Source: an uncultured Bacilli bacterium (GTDB lineage Bacteria > Bacillota_I > Bacilli_A > RF39 > UBA660). Taken from it: a stretch of 64,000 bases of DNA. The stretch is from contig CALVXO010000004.1 in assembly GCA_944371325.1 (NCBI GenBank), positions 4,950 through 68,949 of the forward strand. The letters are read 5' to 3'. The notes beneath the pieces were generated by a model, which saw only the letters and a program-made list of their open reading frames with translations, was not told the DNA's origin and made no database searches. Of the stretch, positions 11,066 to 21,212 are shown piece after piece. Made by a program: the position numbers and the translations under genes. Positions within the stretch are counted from its first letter, which is position 1; each line of letters begins with the position of its first letter.

Positions 11066-11753
11066 AATTAACCTCTTTTAATGTATGATTACATAATTCA
11101 AAAATAACATCAGCATATTTTTTAGCGTTATTACTATGACTAACAACTATAACACATTTACCATCTTTTGATAATTTTTTTAATTTTTCAAAAATAATCT
11201 TCTCATTTCCTTCATCTAAATTACCTGTTGGCTCATCAGCTAAAATAATAGATGGGTCATTAGCCAATGCTCTTGCAATTGCTACTCTTTGTTGTTCACC
11301 ACCTGATAATTCATTAGGAAAATGATTAAATCTTTCTTTAATGTCTAAACTATCCAACAATTTTAAAGCCCTTTCTTTTCTATATTTAAAATTTATTTCT
11401 GAATTTATACACATTGGAACTATTATATTTTCATAAGCCTTCAAATTAGGATCTAAATAAAAATTTTGAAAAATGTAACCAATGTTTTTCATTCTTAATT
11501 TTGACAATTCAAAATCATTCAACGATACAACATTTTTTCCATAAATCTTATATTCACCACTATTAAAACTATCAATAAGACCTAAAATATTAATTAAAGT
11601 TGTTTTACCACTACCACTATGACCAATTATTAAGTAAAACTTTCCTTCTTCAAATTCAAGTGACACACCATCTAAAATAGGTATTTTTTTATTATTATTC
11701 TTATAAATTTTAATAACTTTATTTAAACAAAGAACTTTTTTATTATTATTCAT
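11052..11753 (-). CDS. LolD/MacB-type ABC exporter ATPase
   Basis: [40 protein letters not shown]. Confidence 0.9.
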   Translation of the reverse strand: MNNNKKVLCLNKVIKIYKNNNKKIPILDGVSLEFEEGKFYLIIGHSGSGKTTLINILGLIDSFNSGEYKIYGKNVVSLNDFELSKLRMKNIGYIFQNFYLDPNLKAYENIIVPMCINSEINFKYRKERALKLLDSLDIKERFNHFPNELSGGEQQRVAIARALANDPSIILADEPTGNLDEGNEKIIFEKLKKLSKDGKCVIVVSHSNNAKKYADVIFELCNHTLKEVNCENK

Positions 11754-11893
11754 ACTTATCTCCTTAAAACAAATTAGTTATCCATTATTTTTAATATAAC
11801 ATAAAAAATCTAAAATCATTATGCTTTTTGATTCCTAATTTTCAAAATATTTGTTTGTCATAAAACTACATTTTATAAAAATCAGATATAAAA

Positions 11894-12571
11894 TTACATT
11901 ACAATAAATTCTAATAAATCTTGGTTTACTTCAACTTTTATGCAATAATATCCATTACCTAATCTTTTAAATGAAATAGATTCATCATTTTTATTAAAAT
12001 CAATTTTTTGGATATTTTCATCCCCATAATAATTAACTTCAACTACATTGATTCCATCTTTATTATTAATTACTACTTCTTCCTCATCCGTTACGGTAAG
12101 TGGTGGTGCATAATGATTGGTAATAAAATTATATACTTCTTCTGGAGATAACATATCCACATATTCTTGACCAGACAATTTTAAAGGAATAATAACAAAA
12201 ATGGAATATTCACCATAAAGTTCTAAAGATGTTGAAAAAGATTTAATACTAGGATTATTATATAATTTATCTACAACAAATTTTTCTTTTTCTTCTTCGG
12301 AATTAAAATTCATATAAACCTTTTTTATTGTATATTCACCATCTTGTTTAGTTCCTTCAACAATTATTTTTTTATCTTTATCAAATAAATTAGATTGTAT
12401 TTTTAAATATTTATTGTTAAATTTAACAGATGATGATGAATTATTTACATCAACAACTATACCTTCTCCTTTAAAATCTTTTCTTTCAAAAAATTTTTTA
12501 TAAGCGAATAGTGAAATTAATATTAATATAACCAATACAATTAATAAAATTATAATATTTTTTTTCTTCAT
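11894..12571 (-). CDS. Hypothetical membrane-anchored protein (paralog of 5294..5968)
   Basis: N-terminal TM; IPLKLSGQEYVDMLSPEE versus LPVKLNNQEYDLNISPLE in the paralog. Confidence 0.7.
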   Translation of the reverse strand: MKKKNIIILLIVLVILILISLFAYKKFFERKDFKGEGIVVDVNNSSSSVKFNNKYLKIQSNLFDKDKKIIVEGTKQDGEYTIKKVYMNFNSEEEKEKFVVDKLYNNPSIKSFSTSLELYGEYSIFVIIPLKLSGQEYVDMLSPEEVYNFITNHYAPPLTVTDEEEVVINNKDGINVVEVNYYGDENIQKIDFNKNDESISFKRLGNGYYCIKVEVNQDLLEFIVM

Positions 12572-12835
12572 AACTTACACCTTTCTTTTTTATTACTTTA
12601 TTAATACCAACATTTAAAGTCTCCCTACATTTTTTCATTCCACTTTTTTTATTTAATCTCATCTTAATATTGATTATCATATTAATATATTATAATCTAA
12701 ATACATTATCTATAATAACTATTTATTAAATTTAAAAAAAATATTTTTGAATTGTTTTACATTTTACAATTATATGTTCATCTTTTATATTAAATATAAT
12801 TAATATAAAAATCACTACTTCATCTATTTACTAAC

Positions 12836-13149
12836 ATTGTACCAAATTTCTAACGAAAAGTCACTGTAATGAAAAATATTTTGTTAATCTATTGCAAAAT
12901 AAAAATTGTTGGATTATTATCAAATAGATACAAAATATTAGACTATGTAAATTACTTATTCCTAAAAGTTTATGTAATGATTTTCAATCAATAGAAAACT
13001 TTGCATATTCAAATGTCACAAATGTGGTTATTCAAAGCTTAGTTATATTTTTAAATATAAAATTAATTGATCATTATTTTTTAAATTTAAACTTATTTGT
13101 GATACATACTTTCCCTTTATTTTTCTTTTCGTTAGAAATTAGGTAAAAT
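12836..13149. repeat. 25-bp imperfect inverted repeat pair bracketing a 264-bp segment
   Basis: attgtaccaaatttctaacgaaaag (12836-12860) versus cttttcgttagaaattaggtaaaat (13125-13149): 23/25 complementary. Confidence 0.75.
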
Positions 13150-13249
13150 AATTTTATGATACATTTTTTGTATGCTCAAAATGTATCATAAATTGCTTAA
13201 CATCATATCATACCGTTTTACTTTTAACAATAACATAAATAACCATTTC

Positions 13250-13682
13250 TGAATATAATAATGAGAAAGGAGTTTATATAATGAGTATCCTAACAATTAA
13301 AAATTTAAATAAAATATATCATACTAAAAATTCTGAAACAAAAGCGATTGAAGATTTTTCTTTTGAATTAAATGATAATGAATTTATAGCAATCGTAGGG
13401 CCTAGTGGTTGCGGGAAAAGTACCATTTTAAATATATTAGCTAATTTAGATAACAAATCAAATGGTGAAATAATACTTAAAGATAATATTAAATTAGGTT
13501 ATATGTTACAACAAGATGCTTTATTTAACTGGAAAACTGTTTTAGATAATTGCTTATTAGGATTAGAAATAAATAAAATGAATAATAAAGATTATGTTTC
13601 AAAACTATTAAAAACATATGGATTAAAAGATTTTATTAATAGTTATCCTAACAACTTATCTGGTGGTATGAGACAAAGAGTT
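13250..13682 (+). repeat. Direct repeat, copy 2 (5' region of the intact ATPase gene)
   Basis: Matches 7793..8225. Confidence 0.9.
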
Positions 13683-14012
13683 GCTTTAATTAGAACACTT
13701 GCTACTAAGCCAGACATTCTATTATTAGATGAACCATTCAGTGCCTTAGACTATCAAACGAGATTAAAAGTATCAGATGATGTTTATAATATTATTAAAA
13801 AAGAAAAAAAATCTGCTATTATGGTAACTCACGATATAGCTGAGGCTATCAGTATGGCCGATAAAATAATTGTTTTATCAAAAAGACCTAGTGTTATAAA
13901 AAAAATAATTGACATTAATTTAACTGACAAAAGTACGCCAATTAATAATCGAAAAGCAAAAGAATTTGCTTATTATTATGATTTAATATGGAAAGAGATT
14001 GACTATGACTAA
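13281..14012 (+). CDS. NitT/TauT-family ABC ATPase (YtlC-like)
   Basis: GPSGCGKST, LSGGMRQRVALIRTLA, LLLDEPFSALDYQTR. Confidence 0.9.
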   Translation: MSILTIKNLNKIYHTKNSETKAIEDFSFELNDNEFIAIVGPSGCGKSTILNILANLDNKSNGEIILKDNIKLGYMLQQDALFNWKTVLDNCLLGLEINKMNNKDYVSKLLKTYGLKDFINSYPNNLSGGMRQRVALIRTLATKPDILLLDEPFSALDYQTRLKVSDDVYNIIKKEKKSAIMVTHDIAEAISMADKIIVLSKRPSVIKKIIDINLTDKSTPINNRKAKEFAYYYDLIWKEIDYD

Positions 14013-14793
14013 TGAACATATAAATTATTTAAAAAAAATTAAAAGAAATAATCTTTTAATTAAATTAACTCAATTTAGTATTTTAATTTTGTTTATTATT
14101 ATTTGGCAATTATTATCAGATTACAAAATAATTAATCCATTTATTTTTTCTTCTCCCAAAAAAGTTATAGAATGTTTAATTAGTCTACACAATGCTAATA
14201 ATTTGTATAATCATATCTTTATAACTGTTTATGAAACATTTATAAGTTTTTTATTAGGTACTTTATTAGGTATTTTAATGGCAAGTATAATGTGGTGGAA
14301 TAAATTCTTTGCGAAAGTAATTGATCCTTATTTGACAGTTTTAAATAGTCTACCTAAAGTAGCGCTAGGACCAATATTAATTATATGGGTAGGTGCTGGT
14401 ATGCAATCAATCATTGTTATGGCTTTATTAATATCTACTATTATTACTATTATAACTGTTTATCAAGGATTTATTAGTGTCGATCCTATTAAATTAAAAT
14501 TAATGAAAACATTTAAAGCAAATAAAAGACAAATATATATAAAATTAATATTTCCAGCAACTTTGCCAAATATAATAAGTTGTTTTAAAGTAAATATAAG
14601 TATGTCTTTAATTGGCGTTATTATGGGTGAATTTTTAGTATCTAAAGAAGGTATTGGTTATTTAATTATGTATGGATCACAAGTATTTAATTTAGACTTA
14701 GTTATTACAGGAACAATTATTTTATGTATAGTAGCAGTTATTATGTATTATTTAGTATTATTATTAGAAAAAAAATTAATAAAGAGTAGTTAA
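13999..14793 (+). CDS. NitT/TauT-family ABC permease (YtlD-like)
   Basis: LNSLPKVALGPILIIW, LIGVIMGEFLVSKEGIGYLI. Confidence 0.88.
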   Translation: MTMTNEHINYLKKIKRNNLLIKLTQFSILILFIIIWQLLSDYKIINPFIFSSPKKVIECLISLHNANNLYNHIFITVYETFISFLLGTLLGILMASIMWWNKFFAKVIDPYLTVLNSLPKVALGPILIIWVGAGMQSIIVMALLISTIITIITVYQGFISVDPIKLKLMKTFKANKRQIYIKLIFPATLPNIISCFKVNISMSLIGVIMGEFLVSKEGIGYLIMYGSQVFNLDLVITGTIILCIVAVIMYYLVLLLEKKLIKSS

Positions 14794-15644
14794 AAGCTAC
14801 TCTTTATTAATATTACACCTATAACAGTTAAAATACCAGCAATTAATTTTTGAATAAATCTATCTTTGTTTTTATAAAAAATTAATTCAATTAAAGAATT
14901 TATTATTGTAGTTATAGAAAATAATGAAGCTACTATAGCCATATTTCCTAATTGATATGATCTAACTGATGATACTAACATTATACACCACAAAAATGCA
15001 GAAAATATTAATTCTTTTTTATCATATAAATTATATTCTTCTTTTAAATATTTTAATTTATTTTTACTAAATAAAATTAAATAAATAGCAGGAAATAAAA
15101 CTGTACATATTGTATATATGCCTAAATTAAAATTATTAGAAATATTGACATTTATAAGCATACCAATAGCAAATAAAAAATTAGCTAAAAAAGATATAAA
15201 ATAATATTTATTAAACTTTAATTTGCCTTTTTCGTAAAAAATAATAAAATTAGCTAAAATAATAATAGTAGTTCCTATTATTTTATTGATACCAAATGAC
15301 TCATGCAAAAATATAAAACTAAATATTATCAAGTAAACTGAAGACGTTTGTTTAAACATACTAAAAATAGAAGGATCTAATCCATATCTTGCTTCAATAT
15401 TTAATCTATCTGTTACCGCATATAAAATTGTTACAATAAATAAAGTAATATATATATTAATATCATTTGGTAATTTGAACTCAAACAAAGGAATAAATAA
15501 TATAGCAAAGAATGCTGTTAAAGCTTCTAATAAAATAGTTAATTTAGTAGCATCTTTCATATTTCGATTAGCTTTTTTAAAAGTATGAGCAAACAAAATA
15601 GAAGCTATCAAATAAATAATTACCCAAAAATACCATGTATCCAT
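14790..15644 (-). CDS. EamA/DMT-family transporter
   Basis: About 10 TM helices in two repeats, 284 aa. Confidence 0.7.
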   Translation of the reverse strand: MDTWYFWVIIYLIASILFAHTFKKANRNMKDATKLTILLEALTAFFAILFIPLFEFKLPNDINIYITLFIVTILYAVTDRLNIEARYGLDPSIFSMFKQTSSVYLIIFSFIFLHESFGINKIIGTTIIILANFIIFYEKGKLKFNKYYFISFLANFLFAIGMLINVNISNNFNLGIYTICTVLFPAIYLILFSKNKLKYLKEEYNLYDKKELIFSAFLWCIMLVSSVRSYQLGNMAIVASLFSITTIINSLIELIFYKNKDRFIQKLIAGILTVIGVILIKSSF

Positions 15645-15730
15645 ACCATCACCATTATTATTATACTAAAAAAAATATTATTTTAAAAGATATTTTGTTT
15701 TATTTATGCCATATTATATATGGTGATAAA

Positions 15731-16651
15731 GTGATAAGATTAGGTTATGTTTCTATTTCTAACACATTAAATTTAACTTGTTCCAAAACAATTACTTATA
15801 CGGAATTTAATAAAAATAAAGATTTAAATAAAATAGACAAAATAATATTAGAAAATTTAGAGAATTTAAATAAAACAATTGACTATAACATTAAAAATAA
15901 TATTCACTTTTATAGATTAACATCTAAACTAATACCACTTGCTACAAAAAAAGATGTAATTTTTGATTACATAGATAAATATAAAAATTTATATAAAAAA
16001 ATTGGAGATAAAATTAAAAAAAATAATATGCGAGTTGATGTTCATCCAGATCAATTTTGTGTTTTAAATAGCACAAAAAAAGAAGTATTAGAAAATACTT
16101 TTGATATATTAGAATATCATTACAAAATATTAGATGCTCTAGATATTCAAAATAAAATAATAATTCTACATGTTGGAAGTAGTGTCTTAGGAAAACAAAA
16201 TAGTATTAAAAGATTTATTAATAATTTCAACAAATTACCTAAATATATTCAACAGTGTATTGCAATCGAAAATGACGATAAAATATATAATATATTAGAT
16301 TGTTTATATATTTGTAACAAACTAAATATTCCTCTAGTTTTAGATTATCATCATCATATTTGTAACAATGTTTGTGATATTGATGACTATTTAGATTATA
16401 TTTTTAAGACTTGGAAAACAACACCTAAAATACATTTTTCTTCTCCTAAAAATAATACAAAAAAAGACTTTAGGTCTCACAATGATTATATTAATGTTGA
16501 CGACTTTATAAATTTTTTAATTAAAGTCAAAAATATTGATTTAGATATCATGTTAGAAGCTAAAGCCAAAGATGAAGCATTATTTAAATTAGTTAGATTA
16601 TTAAAATATCATGATTACAAATTTATTGATGATACAACTTTTATTAATTAA
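15731..16651 (+). CDS. uvsE: UV DNA damage endonuclease
   Basis: IRLGYV, FYRLTSKLIP, HPDQF, IENDD, DYHHH, KIHFSSP, MLEAKAKDEAL; start reassigned to GTG 15731 after a GGTGA RBS. Confidence 0.9.
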   Translation: MIRLGYVSISNTLNLTCSKTITYTEFNKNKDLNKIDKIILENLENLNKTIDYNIKNNIHFYRLTSKLIPLATKKDVIFDYIDKYKNLYKKIGDKIKKNNMRVDVHPDQFCVLNSTKKEVLENTFDILEYHYKILDALDIQNKIIILHVGSSVLGKQNSIKRFINNFNKLPKYIQQCIAIENDDKIYNILDCLYICNKLNIPLVLDYHHHICNNVCDIDDYLDYIFKTWKTTPKIHFSSPKNNTKKDFRSHNDYINVDDFINFLIKVKNIDLDIMLEAKAKDEALFKLVRLLKYHDYKFIDDTTFIN

Positions 16652-17132
16652 AATCCAACAATTCTAATAATTTTTTTATATCTTCTTTATTTGTATTATC
16701 TTTTTCTAATAATTCTTCTAAAAATAATTTAGTATTATTACTTTGAGGTAACATATAACCTGCTTCACGATATAAATCTTCAGTTATCAATCTATTTGAT
16801 TTCATTAATATTTTAGCTAATAATTTTTCTTTTTCATCATTACTATTTTCAAAAATATAATGAGCAATTTGTTCTTGTTCTACTTTGCCATTTATTACTC
16901 GTTTTAACCTATCAATTACTTCACTATCTTTATCTTGTTGCTTTGGATATTTATAAGGTACCATAGATATTGCACCTGATGGGCATGCTTTACTACAAGC
17001 TCCGCAACCAATACATTTTTCAAAATCTATTTGTCCTGTTTCTGTATCAGTTGCCCCAGTTGGACATACAAACAAACACAAACAATCTTTACTACAAATT
17101 CTTAGATTACGAACTGCTCTTAAATCACTCAT
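16644..17132 (-). CDS. 4Fe-4S dicluster ferredoxin-domain protein
   Basis: [12 protein letters not shown] and [12 protein letters not shown] motifs. Confidence 0.85.
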   Translation of the reverse strand: MSDLRAVRNLRICSKDCLCLFVCPTGATDTETGQIDFEKCIGCGACSKACPSGAISMVPYKYPKQQDKDSEVIDRLKRVINGKVEQEQIAHYIFENSNDEKEKLLAKILMKSNRLITEDLYREAGYMLPQSNNTKLFLEELLEKDNTNKEDIKKLLELLDFN

Positions 17133-17722
17133 CTTACTACCTCCACTAATTTAAAATTAGGCACTTTACAAACTGGACAAATTTCTGGCTTTTCGTTTCC
17201 AATATATACAAATCCACATACTTCGCAAACATATATTTTTTTATCAGTTGAAATTTCATCATTTAATAAAGATTTTAAAATCATCGTAACTTTTTCACCC
17301 CATGTGATAACACGAAGTGCCCCTCTATCTTGTTTTGAGGTTGCAATTTCTTTAGCTTTTTTATAGTTTAAATCTAAATCTTTATTTATTTTATTAATTA
17401 ATTCTTCGAAATTACCTTCTAATTTAGCTTTACTATTATAGTAATCAGCTAATTTTTTAAATAATTTTGCTTCTTCTTCTAAATATTGTTTTTCACAACT
17501 ACTTGCTAAACTGCTACATAAAGCGCTTATTTCACCATAATTCATTTCTCTTAATTCTTCTTCTTGTTCTTCAATTACTACCTCTACTGCTTCTGATTTA
17601 AATAAATTTTTAGGAGCACCACATAATGGACATTTCCAATCATCTGGCAAATCTTCAAATTTTACTCCTTCTTTAGATTCATCATAAACATATCCACAAA
17701 TTGGACAAATATATTTTTTCAT
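17129..17722 (-). CDS. Rubredoxin / rubrerythrin-like fusion protein
   Basis: N-terminal rubredoxin CPICGYVYD...WKCPLCG, helical middle, C-terminal CEVCG...CPVC; start at MKKYICP. Confidence 0.8.
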   Translation of the reverse strand: MKKYICPICGYVYDESKEGVKFEDLPDDWKCPLCGAPKNLFKSEAVEVVIEEQEEELREMNYGEISALCSSLASSCEKQYLEEEAKLFKKLADYYNSKAKLEGNFEELINKINKDLDLNYKKAKEIATSKQDRGALRVITWGEKVTMILKSLLNDEISTDKKIYVCEVCGFVYIGNEKPEICPVCKVPNFKLVEVVR

Positions 17723-17777
17723 TACCCACATCCTTTTTTTCATTATAACATATTAATACAAAAAAAGTATAGATAAT

Positions 17778-18470
17778 CTATACTAATTTTTTTTGATTTC
17801 CTTTTAATTCATTTAATTTATTTCTTAAATCTTGTTCTAATTGTATCTTTAATTGATTTTTATCTAAATCATCAACATAAACATTTAATAAAGATTCTAT
17901 AGTCTTTATTAATAAATCATTATCAATATTAACATCACTATTTAACAAATTTAAAATTGTTATTGCATATTTTGTCCAATGAATTAAATCCACTTCTAAA
18001 AACTGAACTTCGCCAATAATTTTTAAACATTGAATTTGAAAATAATTTTTATTATTTGGGTTAATTTTAATCTTTAATAATAGTTCACTAAATTTATTAT
18101 TTAGTAATTGTATTAAACGATTTCTATTAGAAAAACAATAAAAAATTTCTTCTCCTAATTTTCCAAAATCTCCAAAATTATGTTTAAATACTTTTTGATC
18201 TGATTTTAACATTAACTTTTCATTTTCAATTAAATTATACAATTGAATTATCAAATTCTCATCAAAATCAGAAGATAGTTCTAATTTTTCAAATTTATAA
18301 CAGTCATCTTTAACATCCAAAATTACTAGATCTCCAAATGATAAATTATCAGCATCTGAAACAACAACCGTAGTTATTTTATTCGCCCTATCACACAAAT
18401 GAATAGTTCTTTTATCCAATTTTTGATTATAAATTTCTTTTTTTGTAGTAGCAACTATACCTAAAAACAT
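17778..18470 (-). CDS. Hypothetical protein
   Basis: 230-aa ORF with GGAGG RBS; no recognised motif. Confidence 0.65.
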   Translation of the reverse strand: MFLGIVATTKKEIYNQKLDKRTIHLCDRANKITTVVVSDADNLSFGDLVILDVKDDCYKFEKLELSSDFDENLIIQLYNLIENEKLMLKSDQKVFKHNFGDFGKLGEEIFYCFSNRNRLIQLLNNKFSELLLKIKINPNNKNYFQIQCLKIIGEVQFLEVDLIHWTKYAITILNLLNSDVNIDNDLLIKTIESLLNVYVDDLDKNQLKIQLEQDLRNKLNELKGNQKKLV

Positions 18471-18527
18471 AATAATGCCTCCCTAAATGTTAAATATGAT
18501 AACACGTATCTAACACTTTGTCAAACA

Positions 18528-21086
18528 TTATACCCCGCCTATAATTCCTTTTTTCCTTAGATAATATTTCCTTAAAAAATCAACTGGAACAACTGTAAAA
18601 CTTAACCAAAACATAATTTGAAATTCAAAGAATGTTAATCCATAAGTTCTAAATAATTCGCCGCCAAAATAAATTAATAAAACTTGAACAATAAAGATAA
18701 AACTAATTATAAAAATAAACATTTTATTTTTTAATATGTTAGCTAATAGATTTAATCTATGTGTTCTTGCATTAAAACTATTAAATATACTAATAAAAAT
18801 AAATAGTCCAAAGAAAGCAGTTAAAATATATTGATCACCATTTCTAAATAGTTGATGGAAAATTGGTAGCTTTAAAAATAATATACATAAAATTGTGGAA
18901 TAAATTCCAGTAAAAAATATTTCATGTTTCATATATTCATTAATTATATTTTCATCTCTTTTTTTTGGCTTTTCACTCATATATTCTTTTAATGGTGCTT
19001 CAAAAGAAAATGCTAAAGCTGCTAAAGTATCCATAACCATATTTATCCACAGCATTTGTATAACTGTTACTGGTGTATCAACGCCAATAAAAGGTCCAAT
19101 AATTGACAAACTTACAGCACATATATTGACAGTTAATTGAAATATAATAAATTTTCTAATACTTTTAAATATAGTTCTACCAAATAAGATTGCTTTTGTA
19201 ATAGATAAGAAATTATTATCTAATATAACAATTTCACTTGCTTCTTTAGCTACTTCTGTTCCTGATCCAAACGCAAAACCGACATCAGCTCTTTTTAAAG
19301 CAGGTGCGTCATTTACTCCATCTCCTGTCATACCAACAACTAAATCTAATTCTTGACTAATTCTTACTAATCTACTTTTATCCTGTGGAATAGCTCTAGC
19401 AACAACTCTTAATTTTGGTAATACTTTTTTTAAATCTTCATCAGACATATTCTTCATTTCATCACTGGTTAATATTAAATCACCATCTTTATATAACCCT
19501 ACTTCTTTTGCAATAGCTAAAGCTGTTAATTTATTATCACCTGTTACCATAACAGTTTGAATAGATGCTTGTTTAACTAAATCTATTCCTTCATATGCTT
19601 CTTTTCTAATTTCATCTTTAATTAATACAAATCCAACTAAAGTTAATTCTTTACTGTTTTGTTTAGAAGAAGCAAAAGCAATTATTCTATTTCCTTCTTT
19701 AGTTAATTTTCTTAAATTATCTTCAATAATTAATTTTTTTCTTAAAAATTTCTTATTGCCATCAAAATCAAAATAAAATTCACATTTTTTTAAAATAACT
19801 TCCGGTGCTCCTTTAATTAAATAAATATTTTCATTTTTATATTTGATTGTTGTTGAAGAATATTTATTTTTACTATCAAAAGGCACATTATCAATTATTT
19901 CATATTTATTTTTTTCTTTGACATTAGTAAATTTTAAAATTGCTCGATCAGTAATATTCCCACCTATTATTTTATTATCATAATAACTAGCATTGTTATA
20001 AACTAAAGATATCAAAACAATTTCTTTTAAATTATTTTCTATTTTATCAATATTGTCATATTTTTTTAAATCACTATTTAAAAAATGAGTTACTTCAAGA
20101 TTTCCTTTAGTTATCGTTCCTGTTTTATCACTAAATAAAATATTAATACTTCCTGCAGTTTCAATACCATGTAACTTTCTAACTAAAACATTATCCTTCA
20201 ACATTCTTTTAACATTAGATGACAATACTAAAGTAATCATCATTGGTAATCCTTCTGGTACCGCTACTACTATTACTGTGACACATAAAGTTAAAGCATA
20301 TAAAATATGACCACTTATTAAAGGAATATTAGTAATAGTTTCTTTTATTAAATTAAAATCAAAATTATTTTTAATAAATATTACTGAAAACAAATAAGAA
20401 AAGAAAACTAAAAAAGCTCCAATATAACCTATTTTACTAATTACTTCCGCTAATTTTCTTAATCTTAATTTTAATGGACTTTCAGGTTGGCTTTCTTGTA
20501 ATTCTTTAGATATTGAACCATAAAAAGTATTATCCCCTACTTTTGTAACTATCATTTTAGCTTGTTTAGAATAAACAATAGTTCCTCTAAAAACAATTTT
20601 GTTCTCAATATTTTTATATATCTCTTTAGCTTCACCAGTAATACTTGATTCATCAACAGTTATTTCTCCTTCAATTATTTCTCCATCAGCAGGTATTCTA
20701 TCTCCCGATTCTAATAAAACTATATCACCTACTACTACATCTTCAATATTAACTTCAACTACTTTTTTATTTCTTAAAACTTTACATTTTATTTTAGATG
20801 ATTCTTCTTGTAATTTTTCAAATGCTTTCTCACTACCATATTCACTAACAGTTGAGATAAAAGATGCTAGGAATATTGCTATTACGATACCAACTGTTTC
20901 ATACCAATCAAAATTTTGAATTAAAAATACTGTTTTTATTCCTAAAGCAATTAATAATATTCTTATTATAGGATCACCTAAAGTAGCTATATACTGTTTT
21001 ATAAAACTATTTTTTTTACTAGAATTAATTATATTAGATCCAAATTTTTTTCTTGATTCGATTACTTCATTATCTGTTAGTCCCAT
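18528..21086 (-). CDS. Calcium-translocating P-type ATPase
   Basis: [32 protein letters not shown]. Confidence 0.93.
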   Translation of the reverse strand: MGLTDNEVIESRKKFGSNIINSSKKNSFIKQYIATLGDPIIRILLIALGIKTVFLIQNFDWYETVGIVIAIFLASFISTVSEYGSEKAFEKLQEESSKIKCKVLRNKKVVEVNIEDVVVGDIVLLESGDRIPADGEIIEGEITVDESSITGEAKEIYKNIENKIVFRGTIVYSKQAKMIVTKVGDNTFYGSISKELQESQPESPLKLRLRKLAEVISKIGYIGAFLVFFSYLFSVIFIKNNFDFNLIKETITNIPLISGHILYALTLCVTVIVVAVPEGLPMMITLVLSSNVKRMLKDNVLVRKLHGIETAGSINILFSDKTGTITKGNLEVTHFLNSDLKKYDNIDKIENNLKEIVLISLVYNNASYYDNKIIGGNITDRAILKFTNVKEKNKYEIIDNVPFDSKNKYSSTTIKYKNENIYLIKGAPEVILKKCEFYFDFDGNKKFLRKKLIIEDNLRKLTKEGNRIIAFASSKQNSKELTLVGFVLIKDEIRKEAYEGIDLVKQASIQTVMVTGDNKLTALAIAKEVGLYKDGDLILTSDEMKNMSDEDLKKVLPKLRVVARAIPQDKSRLVRISQELDLVVGMTGDGVNDAPALKRADVGFAFGSGTEVAKEASEIVILDNNFLSITKAILFGRTIFKSIRKFIIFQLTVNICAVSLSIIGPFIGVDTPVTVIQMLWINMVMDTLAALAFSFEAPLKEYMSEKPKKRDENIINEYMKHEIFFTGIYSTILCILFLKLPIFHQLFRNGDQYILTAFFGLFIFISIFNSFNARTHRLNLLANILKNKMFIFIISFIFIVQVLLIYFGGELFRTYGLTFFEFQIMFWLSFTVVPVDFLRKYYLRKKGIIGGV

Positions 21087-21212
21087 AAATATATCACCTA
21101 ATAAAAAATATTAAAAAAAATTTTTAATATTATAGTTTTAATTCGACAAAATTAACAATTTAGTATTATTTAATTTATATTTATCCATAATAATTATAAA
21201 GTAGGTGAAACT

